Of a stretch of DNA of 64,000 bases, positions 38,946 to 50,781 are shown piece by piece. The stretch is from Mobula hypostoma (taxonomy: Eukaryota). Location of the stretch: contig NC_086112.1 in the NCBI RefSeq assembly GCF_963921235.1, positions 21,948,001 through 22,012,000 on the forward strand, in the 5' to 3' direction. The translations under genes were made by a program, and so were the position numbers. How positions within the stretch are numbered: position 1 is the stretch's first letter; each line of letters opens with the position of its first letter. The notes beneath the pieces were generated by a model that was not told where the DNA came from, did no database searches, and worked only from the letters and a program-made list of their open reading frames with translations.

Positions 38946-41758
38946 TAGGAAATCAAAACTCATTGATCATCTTAGCTGAACAAAAAGCAAAAGGAAACTT
39001 CATATTTATGTAGCCAATTGAAATAAAGAACATATACATTCAGTGGTCACTTTATTCGGTACAATAAAGGAAACTTGCGGTCTTCTGCTCCTGCAGTTCA
39101 TCCACTTCAAGGCTTGACATGTGCATTCAGAGCTGTTCTTCTACACACCACTGTTGTAAACCATGGTTTGTTGAGTTAATCTCCTTCTTGTCAGCTTGAA
39201 CCAGTCTGACCATTCTCCTCCGACCTCTATTAATAATAAGGCATTTTCACCTGCAGAATTGCAGCTCACTGGATGTTTTTTTTTTGTTTTTCACAAACTT
39301 TAGACACCGTTGTGTGTGAAGAGTCCAAGAAATCAGCAGTTTTTGAGGTACGTAAGCCACTTCGTCTGACACCAACAACTATTCCACAGTCAAATCACCT
39401 AAATCACATTTCTTCCCCATTCTGATGTTTGGTCTGAACAACAACCGAACCTCTTGACCATGTCTACATGCTTTCATGCATTGACTTGCTACCACATGAT
39501 GGGCCAATTAGATATTTAAGACCGTAAGATTTAGGAGCAGAAGTAGGCCATTCAGCCCATCGAGTCTGCTCTGCCATTCAATCATGGGCTGATTCAATTC
39601 TTCCAGTCATCCCCACTCCCCTGCCCTCTCCCCATACCCTTTAATGTCCTGGCTAATTAAGAAGCTATCTACCTTTGTCTTAAATGCACCCAATCACTTG
39701 GCCTCCACAGCCACTCATGGCAACAAATTCCACAGATTTACCACCCTCTGACAAAAGTAATTTTTCCGCATCTCTGCTCTAAATGGACGTCCTTTAATCC
39801 TGAAGTCGCGCCCTCTTGTCCTAGAATCCCCTACTATGGGAAATAACTTTGTCATACCTAATCTGTTCAGGCCTTTTAACATTCAGAATGATTCTATGAG
39901 ATACCTCCCTCATTCTCCTGAACTCCAGGGAATACAGCCCAAGAGCTGCCAGACGTTCCTCATACGGTAACCCTTTCATTCCTGGAATCATTCTTCTGAA
40001 TCTTCTCTGATCCCTCTCCAATGTCAGAATATCCTTTCTAAAATAAGGAGCCCAAAACTGCACACAATAATCCAAGTATAGTCTCACGAGTGCCTTATTG
40101 AGCCTCAACATCACATCCCTGCTCTTATATTCTATACCTCTAGAAATGAATGCCAACATTGCATTTGCCTTCTTCACAATTGACACAACCTGAAAGTTAA
40201 CCTTAAGAGTATCTTGCTCAAGGACTCCCAAGTTCCTTTGCAACTCTGCATTTTGAATTGTCTCCCCATCTAAATAACAGTCTGCCCATTTATTTCTTCC
40301 ACCAAAGTGCATGACCATACACTTTCCAATATTGTATTTCATTTGCCACTTCTTTGACCATTCCCCTAAACTATCTAAGTCTCTCTGCAGAGTCTCTGTT
40401 TCCTCAACACTACTCACTCCTCCACCTATCTTTGTATCATCGGCAAATTTAGCCACAAATCCATTAATCCTATAGTCCAAATAATTGACATACATCATAA
40501 AAAGCAGTCCCAACACCGACCTCTGTGGAACTCCACTGGTAACTGGCAGCTAGCCAGGATAGGATCCCTTTATTCCCATTCTCTGTTTTCTGCCGATCAG
40601 CCAATACTCCACCCATGCTAGTAATTCCCCTGTGATTCCATGAGCTTTATCTTGCTACGCAGCCTCATGTGTGGCACTTTGTCAAAGGCCTTCTGAAAAT
40701 CTCCTTCATCTATCCTGCTTGTAATTTCCTCAAAAAATTGCAATAGGTTAGTCAAACAGGATTTTCCTTTCAGGAGGATATGCTGGCTTTGGTCTATCTT
40801 GTCATGTGATCCAGGTACGCCATAATCTCATTCCTAAAAATCGATTCCAAGAACTTCCCAACCACTGATGTCAGGCTAACAAGTCTATAGTTTCCTCTCT
40901 GCTGCCTCCCACTCTTCTTAAATAGTGGAGAAACATCTGCAATTTTCCAGTCATCCGGTAACAATGCCAGAATCTACTGATTCTTGAAAGATCATTGCTA
41001 ACGCATCTCTCCAGCTACTTCCTTCAGAACCCAAGGATGCATTCCATCAGGTCCAAAAGATTTATCCACCCTCAGACCATTAAGCTTCCTGAGCACCTTC
41101 TCAGTTGTAATTTTCAATGTAATCCCACATTCTTCACTTCCCTGACACTCTTCAATATCCGGTATACTGCAGATGTCTTCCACTTTGAAGACTGATGCAA
41201 AATACGCATTTAGTTCCTCTGCCATCTCTGCGTCTCTCATTACAATATCTGCAGCGCCATTTTCTATTGGTCCTATATCTACCCTCAACTCTCTTTTACC
41301 TTTTATATACTTTAAAAAGCTTTTAGTATCTTCTTTGATATTAGCCACCAGCTTCCTTTCATAATTCATCTTTTCCTTCCGAATAATCTTCTTAGTTTCC
41401 TTTTGCAAGTTTTTAAAAGCGTCCCAATCCTCCATCTTCCCACTAGCTTTGGCTTCCTTTTATGCCCTCTCTTTTGCTTTTACTTTGGCTCTGACTTCAC
41501 TTGTCAGCCACGATAGTGTCCTTCTTCCATTCAAAAATTTCTTCTTATTTGGAATATATCTGGCTTGCACTTCCCTCATTTTTTGCAGAACCTCCAGCCA
41601 TTGCTGCTCTGCTGTCCTTCCTGCTCGTGTCCCTCTCCAGTCAACCTTGGCCAGTTCCCCTCTCATGCCATTGTAATTTCCTTTATTCCACTGAAATACT
41701 GACACATTGGAATTTAGTTTCTCCTTCTCAAATTTCAAAGTGAACTTGATCATATTGT

Positions 41759-42797
41759 CAAAGTTGCTGGTGAACGTAGCAGGCCAGGCAGCATCTCTAG
41801 GAAAAGGTACAGTTGACGTTTCAGGCCGAGACCCTTCGTCAGGACTAACTGAAGGAAGAGTGAGTAGGAGATTTGAAAGTGGGAGGGGGAGGGGGAGATC
41901 CAAAATGATAGGAGAAGACAGGAGGAGGAGGGATGGAGCCAAGAGCTGGACAGGTGATTGACAAAGGGGATATGAGAGGATCATGGGACAGGAGGCCCAG
42001 GGAGAAAGACAAGGCGGGGGGAACCCAGAGGATGGGCAAGGGGTATAGTCAGAGGGACAGAGGGAGAAAAAGGAGAGAGAGAGAAAGAATGTGTGTATAA
42101 AAATAAATAACGGATGGGGTACGAGGGGGAGGTGGGGCATTAGCGGAAGTTAGAGAAGTCAATGATCATGTCATCAGGTTGGAGGCTACCCAGACTGAAT
42201 ATAAGTTGTTGTTCCTCCAACCTGAGTGTGGCTTCATCTTGACAGTAGAGGAGGCCGTGGATAGACATGTCAGAATGGGAATGGGAATGGGATGTGGAAT
42301 TAAAATGTGTGGCCACTGGGAGATCCTGCTTTCTCTGGCGGACAGAGCGTAGGTGTTCAGCAAAGCGGTCTCCCAGTCTGCGTCGGGTCTCGTCAATATA
42401 TAGAAGGCCACATCGGGAGCACCAGACGCAGTTTATCACCCTAGCCAACTCACAGGTGAAGTGTCGCCTCACCTGGAAGGACTGTCTGGGGCCCTGAATG
42501 GTGGTAAGGGAGGAAGTGTAAGGGCATGTGTAGCACTTGTTCCGCTTACAAGGGTAAGTGCCAGGAGGGAGATCAGTGGGGAGGGATGGGGGGAACGAAT
42601 GGACAAGGAAGTCGCTTAGGGAGTGATCCCTGTGGAAAGTAGGGGGGGGGGAGGGAAAGATGTGCTTAGTGGTGGGATCCCGTTGGAGGTGGCGGGAGTT
42701 ACGGAGAATAATATGTTGGACCCGGAGGCTGGTGGGGTGGTAGGTGAGGACCAGGGGAACCCTATTCCTAGTGGGGTGGCGGGAGGATTCCTGTTGT
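41759..42797 (-). mobile_element. Penelope-like element (GIY-YIG endonuclease C-terminus and 3' repeat), 5'-truncated
   Basis: ORF 42140..42805 RVPLVLTYHP...CKRNKCYTC...CSRCGLLYIDETRRRLGDRFAEH...VATHFN. Perfect 13-bp TSD ttgatcatattgt (41746-41758, 42798-42810). Confidence 0.95.
41809..41850 (-). ncRNA. Minimal type I hammerhead ribozyme motif in the Penelope 3' repeat
   Basis: Minus strand: AGUC-CUGACGA-A-GGGUCUCGGCCU-GAAA-CGUC^AACU. Core intact, palindromic ACGU stem III, one stem I mismatch. Confidence 0.75.
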
Positions 42798-44557
42798 TTG
42801 ATCATATTGTGATCACTGTTCCGTTAGGGTTCCTTAACCTTAAGCTCTCTTATCACCTCTGGATCACTGCACCACCCAATCCAGCACAGCTGATCCCTTA
42901 GTGGGCTCAGCAACAAGCTGTTCTAAAAAGCTATCCTTTAGACATTCTATAAATTCTCTCTCTTGAGGTCCAGTACTGGCCTGGTTTTCCCAATCCACTT
43001 TCATGTTAAAATCCCCAACAATTATCATGACATTGCCCTTCTGACATGCCTTTTCTATCTCCTGCTGTAATTTGGAATCCACGTCCCGGCTGCTGTTTGG
43101 TGACCTGTATACAACTGCCATTATGGTCCTCCTACCCTTGTCATTTCTTAACTCAACCCATAGAGACTCTACACCTTCCGATTCTATGTCATCCCTTTCT
43201 AATGATTTAATATTATTTCCTTAGACGATCAGCTCCCAATGGCAGCCATCCTTTAGCCAAGTTTCAGAGACAGCCACAATGTCATACTCGCCAATCTGTA
43301 GCTGAATTTCAAGATCATCCATTTTATTTCTTATGCTGCATGCATTCAAATATAACACTTTCAGTCCAATATTTGTTGCTTTCTGTTTAAACTGCACCAC
43401 TCTTCTATTGGCCTGTAACTCATCCCACTGGCTGTGATTATGTTTCATTTCCTGCCTGTCCTTTCTATCATCTCTGTTGCATGCCACCTTTGATTTATTT
43501 GTGTTCCCCTTTCTCAGCCCTATCGCTCCAGTTCCCCTCCCCTGCCAAATTAGTTTAAACCCTCCCTAACAGCTCTATTAAACCTGCCTGCTAGGATATT
43601 GGACCCCTTTGGGTTCAGGTGTAACCCATCCTTTTTATACAGGTCATACGTCCTCCAGAAGAGGCCCCAATGATCCAGGAACCCGAAGCCCTGCCCCCTA
43701 CACCAGTCTCCCAGCCACGCAATAATATGCCTAATCATGCTATTCTCGTGCTTGTTAGCACGTGACACAGGCAGCAATTCTCAGATTACTACCCTGGAGG
43801 CCCTGCTTTTCAGCTTCCTACCCAACTCCCTGAATTCTCTCTTTAGGACCTCCTCCCTTTTTTTACCTATGTCATTGGTACCAACATGTACCAAGACTTC
43901 TGGCTGTTCACCCTCTCCCTTCAGAATACTCTGCACCCGATGCGAGATATCTCTTACCCTGGCACCAACCTGGGAGGCAATACACCATGCAAGTATATCT
44001 ATCAGGCTGACAGAATCTCCTGTCTGTTCCCCTCACTATGAAACACCTATGACTACCGCATTCCTCATTTTCCTCTATCCCTTCTGCATCACAGAACCAG
44101 GCTCAGTACCAAAGACCCAATCGTCGTGGTCGTCCTCCATCAGGTCACCCCCCTCAACAGCATCCAAAACGAGATAACTGTTACTGAGGGGGGTGGCCAC
44201 GGGGGTGCTCTCTACTGTCTGAGCTCTTTCCTTCCCTTCCCTGACAGTCACCCACTTATCTAACTCCTGCAGCCTCAGGGTGACTAACTCCCTGTAACTC
44301 CTATCTATCTCCTGCTCTAACAAGCAGATATTCAGGTGTACCTAATAAAGTGACCACTGAGTAAATATTTTGTGTGTTCAGCATGGCTGAGTTTTCCAAA
44401 TAGAGCACCAAGTTCTTGGCTATTCAAGTTGAGACAAGCGTCAGAATTATCTCTCAGCACCCTAAGTCCAGGAATGACTGGGAGAGATGGAGGCAGGGTA
44501 TAAGTATAACACACTGTACTTGCACTCAACAAGAAATCTAACAGATGGGTTCAACCT

Positions 44558-44810
44558 AAAGTTCAAAATAATTTATTATTGAAGTATATATACGTGACCA
44601 TATACTACTCAGATTCATTTTCTTACAGGCATTTACAGTAAAAACAAAGAAACAATGAAAAACTGCATACAACAGATGGACAAATAAGCAATGTGCAAAA
44701 GTCAACAAATTGTGCAAATACAATGAAGAAAATAAAAACAAAATAGCAGTAATAAAAAATAAGTAATAAATCTTGAGAAAGATTTGTAATAAAAATAAGT
44801 AATAAATCTG
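44558..44810 (-). mobile_element. Rex-type LINE 3' UTR/tail
   Basis: aaagttcaaaataatttatt...cagattcattttctt matches tails at 32821 and 58510. Confidence 0.7.
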
Positions 44811-44949
44811 GCTGCACCACATTCTCCCCTTAACATCCTCTCACAACATGTGGAAAACAAGACTAATCTAAATCCTGTACAATTTCACTCAAGGAGTGTG
44901 TGCAGTACAATTCATAAAGCATGTAGAATGTCACATTTAAAGAAGGAAT

Positions 44950-45204
44950 AACCCTGAGCTATGCATTGGGAAAAGAATGGTGTACTGGAAAGAATGGAAG
45001 ATTAAAGGTGTAATTACAGTAGGTGATCTCTATGAGAATGGGATTTTTATGTCATATGTGGATTTGCAGAGGAAATATAACTTAGTAGATAAAGGGAATT
45101 TTTGGAAGTATTTACAAGTAAGACATTGCATTAGTAGCATATTTAAGAACGGTGACCCACAAAGTAACTCTTTAACTGAATACATTACCACAAGAAGTTC
45201 ATAA
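44950..45204 (+). mobile_element. L1-clade LINE ORF2 fragment
   Basis: WKIKGVITVGDLYENGIFMSYVDLQRKYNL...FWKYLQVRH, typical of the post-RT region of fish L1. Confidence 0.8.
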
Positions 45205-45217
45205 AGCATCAGTGTTT

Positions 45218-45590
45218 TAGAACATAGGACATAGAATAGTACGGCACAGTACAGGCCCTTCGGCCCACAATGTTGTGCCGACATTCAAACCCTGCCTCCC
45301 ATATAAGCCCCCACCTGAAATTCCTCCATATACCTGTCTAGTAGTCTCTTAAACTTCACTAGTATATCTGCCTCCACCACTGACTCAGGCAGTGCATTCC
45401 ACACACCAACCACTCTCTGAGTAAAAAACCTTCCTCTATCTAATATCCCCCTTGAACTTCCCACCCCTTACCTTAAAGCCATGTCCTCTTGTATAGAGCA
45501 GTGGTGCCCTGGGGAAGAGGCACTGGCTATCCACTCTATCTATTCCTCTTATTATCTTGTACACCTCTATCATGTCTCCTCTCATCCTCC
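45218..45590 (-). mobile_element. CR1 3' end
   Basis: tagaacataggacatagaa tail; reverse complement encodes RRMRGDMIEVYKI. Confidence 0.9.
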
Positions 45591-45939
45591 TGAGAGGCAA
45601 GATTTATGAACATTTGGAGAGACATAATCTGATTAGGGATAGTCAGCATGGCTTTGTCAAGGGTAGGTCATGCCTTACGAGCCTGATTGAATTCTTTGAG
45701 GATGTAATAAAACACATTGATGAAGGTAGAGCAGTGGATGTAGTGTATATAGATTTCAATAAGGCATTTGATGAGGTTCCCCATGGTAGGCTCCTTCAGA
45801 AAGTAAGGAGGCATGGGATACAAGGAGACCTTGCTTTGTGGATCCAGAATTGGCTTGCCCACAGAAGGCAAAGGGTGGTTGTAGATGGTTCGTATTCTAC
45901 ACAGAGCTCGGTGACCAGTGGTGTTCCACAAGGATCAGT
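45591..45939 (+). mobile_element. CR1 RT segment in opposite orientation, directly abutting the previous feature
   Basis: IRDSQHGFVKGRSCLTSLIEFFE...YIDFNKAFDEVPH...SGVPQGS. Confidence 0.9.
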
Positions 45940-46462
45940 ACTAGATACCCAAATTAAGGTGCTTCACAGGATGAACAGAAAAACAAGCATCAAGACAGGC
46001 AGGAAGATATTCATAAGTGGGAAAAAAATCAGTTAAGAGGATTCCTGAAACTAATTTTAAGTGCTAGGAAAAAAAGTAAACAAAAGAGATTAGAATCAAA
46101 GGAGCTGAAGATCTACAGGGTGCAAAGAATGAAGGAGAGAAAATCAAAATCAGTAGGAATGAAGGAATGACTGAGGTAGAAGAAACAGAATGAAAAGAGG
46201 CAGATAAGGCTAATGAAGGATGAGGATCACAGGAGTAATACCATGGGGACAATGTGCTCTGAAGATCATTAGGGATACAATCAGAGATTTCACATGCTTT
46301 TAGATTGTGAGGTGTGGAGTAGCCAATAAACATGAAAAAATCTTCTGTACCAGAGAGATTCTGAAAGTCTAGAGGGATAGTGAACCTGCAAAGAGGTGAG
46401 GGGAAGCAGGACATGGGGGTGAAAAATGCCTACAGTCCTATGACAAAGTCTCAGCCACATTA

Positions 46463-46920
46463 CAGTATATAGTCAGGGTGCCTAAGACTTTTGCAGAGTA
46501 CTGCATTTGTCAACGTGGAGCGGAGAGCAAGATTGTAAATCTGGTAGGAGCAAAGGATGTTGGGAATGACGAGGGTGAAGCACGACAGGAGAGGTGTGGG
46601 ACAGGTGGCAGAGAAGGAGTGCCAGGGCAGGGGTTGGCGCAGGTGCAGATACACCCAGCCCTGAGACTCCAGCAAGGACTTTGATTCCAAACAATGCTTC
46701 CTGCTCCCTACCCTCTCCTTTTGGTAATCATGATTTCCCTTCTCCCTTTCAGTCCACAATAGAGACCCATATCAGAATTAGGTTTATCATCATTCATGTA
46801 TGCCATGAAAATTGTTTTTATGGCAGCAGTACAGTGCAATACATATAATTATTACAGTATTGTGCAAAATCTTTGGCACCCTAGCTATATATATGTGCCT
46901 AAGACTTTTGCAAAGTACTG
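46463..46920. mobile_element. Composite Tc1/mariner-type MITE: two mini-units flanking passenger DNA
   Basis: TA at both ends (46461-46462, 46921-46922); partial left unit to about 46503; complete 66-bp unit 46855-46920 with 26-bp TIRs. Confidence 0.8.
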
Positions 46921-47005
46921 TAGGTTTTTAGAATTGCTGGGTGGCATGGTGGGTAACCTGGTGTCTCTGGTTGGATTTATTCAGGTATATGATGGATGAC
47001 TGGGG

Positions 47006-47237
47006 ACAAGGGAAATTTGAAGATGCTGGAAATCAACGTAATACACACAAACTGCTGGAGGAACTCAGCAGGCTAGGCAGCATCTATGGAAACGAGAAAA
47101 TAGTCAACCTTTCAGGCCAAGACCCTTCATCAAGAGATCCTGATGAAGGGTCTTGGCCCAAAACGTCGGCTGTTTACACTTCCATAGATGCTGCCTGGCC
47201 TGCTGAGTTCCTCCAGCATTTTGTGTGCATTATTTCA
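47006..47237. repeat. Penelope-derived palindromic element with two opposed, decayed hammerhead motifs
   Basis: Inverted arms of about 95 bp around 47136; CTGATGAAGGGTCTTGGCCCAAAACGTC on plus (47140-47167) and a mirrored copy on minus; homologous to 41759-41850. Confidence 0.85.
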
Positions 47238-47919
47238 ATGACTGGAGAGAGGGGTTCAAGTTATAAGGGTCTGTGAGTTTGAATGCATGCTTGGGGCCAT
47301 TACCATTTGCCCAAACATGGAAATAAATAACTTTAAGGCTATAAACCAGCTTTAGGAAAAACAGGCTTCATGAGCACTGTGAAGTACAAAACCCAAAAAT
47401 GGCCTTCATCTAGCTAGTTCACATGGGCTCCCATGTAATCTCACCCTCCAGACAAGTCCATTATGTGGGTGGGACCTTGTCTTTGAGAGAACTCACATAA
47501 TATATGGCAGAAACACTAAGAAATCAACAATAGTGACTGCAAATCAACTTGGAAGTTGCCAATATTCAAAAGTAATTTTATCACCTAATGCATAACAAAG
47601 TACATGAATGTACTCTGAATCTTTGAACAACATTCTGCTTCTGATTTACTTCGTATTTTTAGTTTTTCATGGGGTGATTTCTGTAAAATTTGCCTCTAAA
47701 TATTCATGGCTGCATGACATCCTGTGGACTCAATATACAATTGCAAGAGCATTTCAACTGCCAGCTGGAGTTCAAAACAGCTCTTTCTGAAATATGTAGG
47801 AAACACTGTGCTCAATTTGTAAGCATAGTAAGGTCTCATTAGAGCAGAAATTAAGAATTTATTTTTGTTTTTCCTGTTAAGACGTAAACATTGGCCTTGA
47901 CAACATAGAACACCCCAAA

Positions 47920-48105
47920 TAATTCTTCAAAGTAGTGCTACCTAAGATGTAGATGAGGTTTTAGTTTAATATGACATCTGAACACTTAACCTGCAATAGG
48001 GAACAAGCTCTTGGTACTGCACTGAAGTCCTGATTTTTTTTACACCGAAATCTCTGAAATGGGATTTGAACCCATAACCTTCTAGCTCAGAGCCAAGGCT
48101 GCCAT
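47920..48105 (-). mobile_element. Degenerate DeuSINE/SacSINE1-like SINE
   Basis: Reverse complement: ctgagctagaaggttatgGGTTCAAATCCcatttcagaga...cttcagtgcagtacc...gcactactttgaagaa. Confidence 0.6.
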
Positions 48106-48404
48106 TGGTACCAAAAGCACAATGTTGTTCAAACAGTGCAACATATTATTAGTGCTATTCTAAATATAATAGATAAGTCTCAAAACTTTATCCACCAGAT
48201 TTTATGTTATAGCTATATAAACCATCACGTGCACTGCCGTAATTTTTGAATTTTGTGCCAGAATTCTGAAGAAATTAAAATCATCCATCACCCTCCTGAA
48301 GCAGGTTTTGTATATTTTTCTGCGATTGGAAAGTATTTCTGTCTGATTAGTTAAATGATAGCCAAGCTTCAGGTTTGTAAACAATGCAAGCAAGGGTCGT
48401 CCCC

Positions 48405-48970
48405 CCAACCCCACCATCTTAATTGAATTTTACAGGAGCACCATTGAGAGCATCCTGATAAGCTGCAACTCCATCTAGAATGGAAGCAGCAGAGCATCAG
48501 ACCATAAGTCCCTACGAAGGACTGTGAGAATGGCCAAGAGCATCATAGCAGTTCCCTACCATCCAGCGGTGACTTTTATCAGGAGTACTGCGCACGTTAG
48601 GCCCTAAGAATTATCAGGGATCCCCCTCTCACCCATCCAGCATTCTTTTTGCCCTTCTACCATGCATGACTCCAATGCCTAAAGACAAGATGGTCAGGAT
48701 GGGAAACAATTTCTTCCATTAGGCTTCTGAATTCCCTGCCGCAATGCATTCCAAGTGTCACCAGTTAATTTGTTCTGTACCTGACAATATTTAATTTATG
48801 CATTTTACTTTGTTTATCTATGTGTAATTCATTTGTAATTTTATTCTTACTTTCCTGAGATATTGTGTGTTATCTGTGTGTTTCGCGTACTGCTGTGCTT
48901 TACACCCTGGTCTGGAGAAACATTGTCTCATTTGACAGTTTACAGAACTGAATGCATTGAAATAAGTTTG
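48405..48970 (+). mobile_element. Rex-type LINE 3' fragment
   Basis: ttttacaggagcaccattgagagcatcctga...; same subfamily as 21400-22300. Confidence 0.8.
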
Positions 48971-49930
48971 CTAATATGAAACATAATTACAACATATTAA
49001 TTAATTTATTACAAACACTAAATGATTGCAAAGCTGACTGTTTATGCTTCTCAATTGCAAAAAAAAAGGATATAGATTATGTGTCTTTATATGCTGAATA
49101 TGCTTCTCTGGTGTTTTCTGAAAGAAAATGGGCTCAAATTTAACAAAGCACAGCCAACATTTTGCACTTGTAGCAATATTACCGGTCATTCAATGTTCTC
49201 AAAGGGGATGTAGGTTATGTAAAAGGCTGGGAGAAGGAGAAAAATGAGCAGATTTAGATAAAAGCAAGAAGTGCAGCCACAGAAGCAATCACACGACACT
49301 TTTTTTTGTCCATAAAGTCAATCAAGCCAGCAATATTTCTGGTGATTTTAGTTTTGGAATTTTCTTATCCACACATCAAAAGGAGAGCTTTTCATCTTGG
49401 GGATGAAACCGTTAACAACCAATTTTAACAGCATCTTGGGCCAAATAAAGAAAAACAGACTGCATGCAGTTTTCAAGAAACAAACTGAAGTATGGTGATT
49501 ACTGAATTAGAGATCAGAATAGCTAAATTAATATCCCACAAAGGAACAGAAAGCTTGTCAATATTTTGAATTAGGTCTGTATTAAGAATTCACTGGAAGT
49601 ATTGGAAGATACAAGCAGGATATTAAATTGGTGTCTATTTAGTAATTGCAGCTTCCATGAGGGAGTTATTCACATGTTTTTTTCTGCGTATATTATGGAG
49701 AAGCATTGGTACATTTCCTTAATTTGCAAGAGCTTGGTTTTGAGCTCAGTTGAACCAACCAAACATCATTATATAATGAAGTGGAATTGTGATCCAAATA
49801 TGAAATAGATCACTGTAATCCAAAATGAGTTCAAAATTCAAATTGGTTGCAAGTTTTTCACACTTGCTCTGCTGCTTGCTACATTGTCGTCTTTTTATTT
49901 AATAATCATAGTTCTTCTGTTAGCTTTCTT

Positions 49931-50781
49931 TGTTACGTACCCCGTAACTGGGTTGCTAAACCAGCAGAAATGGATCACTCAGTTGGAGTCTGGATTACTA
50001 GGACTAAGAAAGTTTTATTAAAGAACCAAGCAACACAGTAATCGAAAGGATAATAAATGCAACAGTTCAGCAATGATAAACACACATGTGCACAGAATTA
50101 AGATAACAGCATCAATCAAGCTCTACCATTGTCTAGGGGTAAATGACCAAATTTCAAAGTGACACAAAAGTTCAGTCCAATTTAGTTCAGTTCGCAGTAA
50201 TCGTTGCCATGGCGATGGACAACGTGGGGGGAGGGAGAGAGAGAGAACGGGAACGACTGGTCATTCAGAACGGCTTCCACTCACAGACCGGCGATATTGC
50301 TCACAAGCAGCTTCCGGGGGGGGGGGGGGTCCTTTGTGATGTCACCTGAGGTCACCGACTGTGACCCCTCCTCCAGATGCGGTCGATCCTCTGCAGTGAA
50401 CCCGGCACCCAAGCGAGGGTGGACACACACCGGGTTCCCGCTGATCGTACCTTTCCACCCTGTGTGTTTAAGGTCCGATACTTCCCACCGACTCGTGAGA
50501 GGCGCACCGCTTCCAGGGTCTCGTTACCTCGGGTGTCGTGTGTGTTGCCTTAGCGAACCTGTCCCTTTTTATCCCCCTGCTGGGGTATTGCCTGTCCATC
50601 ACTTCAAACAGTTCAGGGTTCAAAGGGGGAGCCGCTCTAGACAGCTCTCTCTCCCGTCCCTTCATTACACATCTCCAGATGCTGCTTCATTGTTCCTTAT
50701 CTCTCTCTTGAAGACAGGTGGCAGACCAACTGCTGATCACACAGGATAGCTAACATCTTATCTATGTGTATTCTTGTCACA
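49931..50781 (-). mobile_element. Solo LTR, copy 3 (inverted relative to copies 1 and 2)
   Basis: Reverse complement of copy 1 over most of its length; TG...CA termini; TSD tctt (49927-49930, 50782-50785); poly(A) signal at 50014-50019 on minus. Confidence 0.92.

Larger units (their letters stand above)
39517..44317 (-). mobile_element. Near-full-length CR1 LINE (partial ORF1 esterase and broken ORF2 APE-RT), inactive
   Basis: ORF1: KWVTV, FLDHWGLFW...KDGLHLNPKG (SGNH/GDSL-like). ORF2: YLNACSIRNK, VSETWL, VYRSPNS, GDFN, GPDGMHP, KFADDTKIGG. Intact 3' tail. Confidence 0.95.
39037..44363 (-). mobile_element. Tc1-derived non-autonomous element (about 525 bp) split by a CR1: parts 39037-39516 and about 44318-44363
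   Basis: TA+cattcagtggtcactttattcggtaca and tgtacctaataaagtgaccactgagt are inverted repeats; internal transposase HTH remnant matches 4397-4591. Confidence 0.85.

Noticed and set aside
42140-42805. Stand-alone GIY-YIG nuclease gene
   Set aside because: It is the truncated end of a Penelope element. The start codon comes from the flanking TSD and the YIG motif reads YID.
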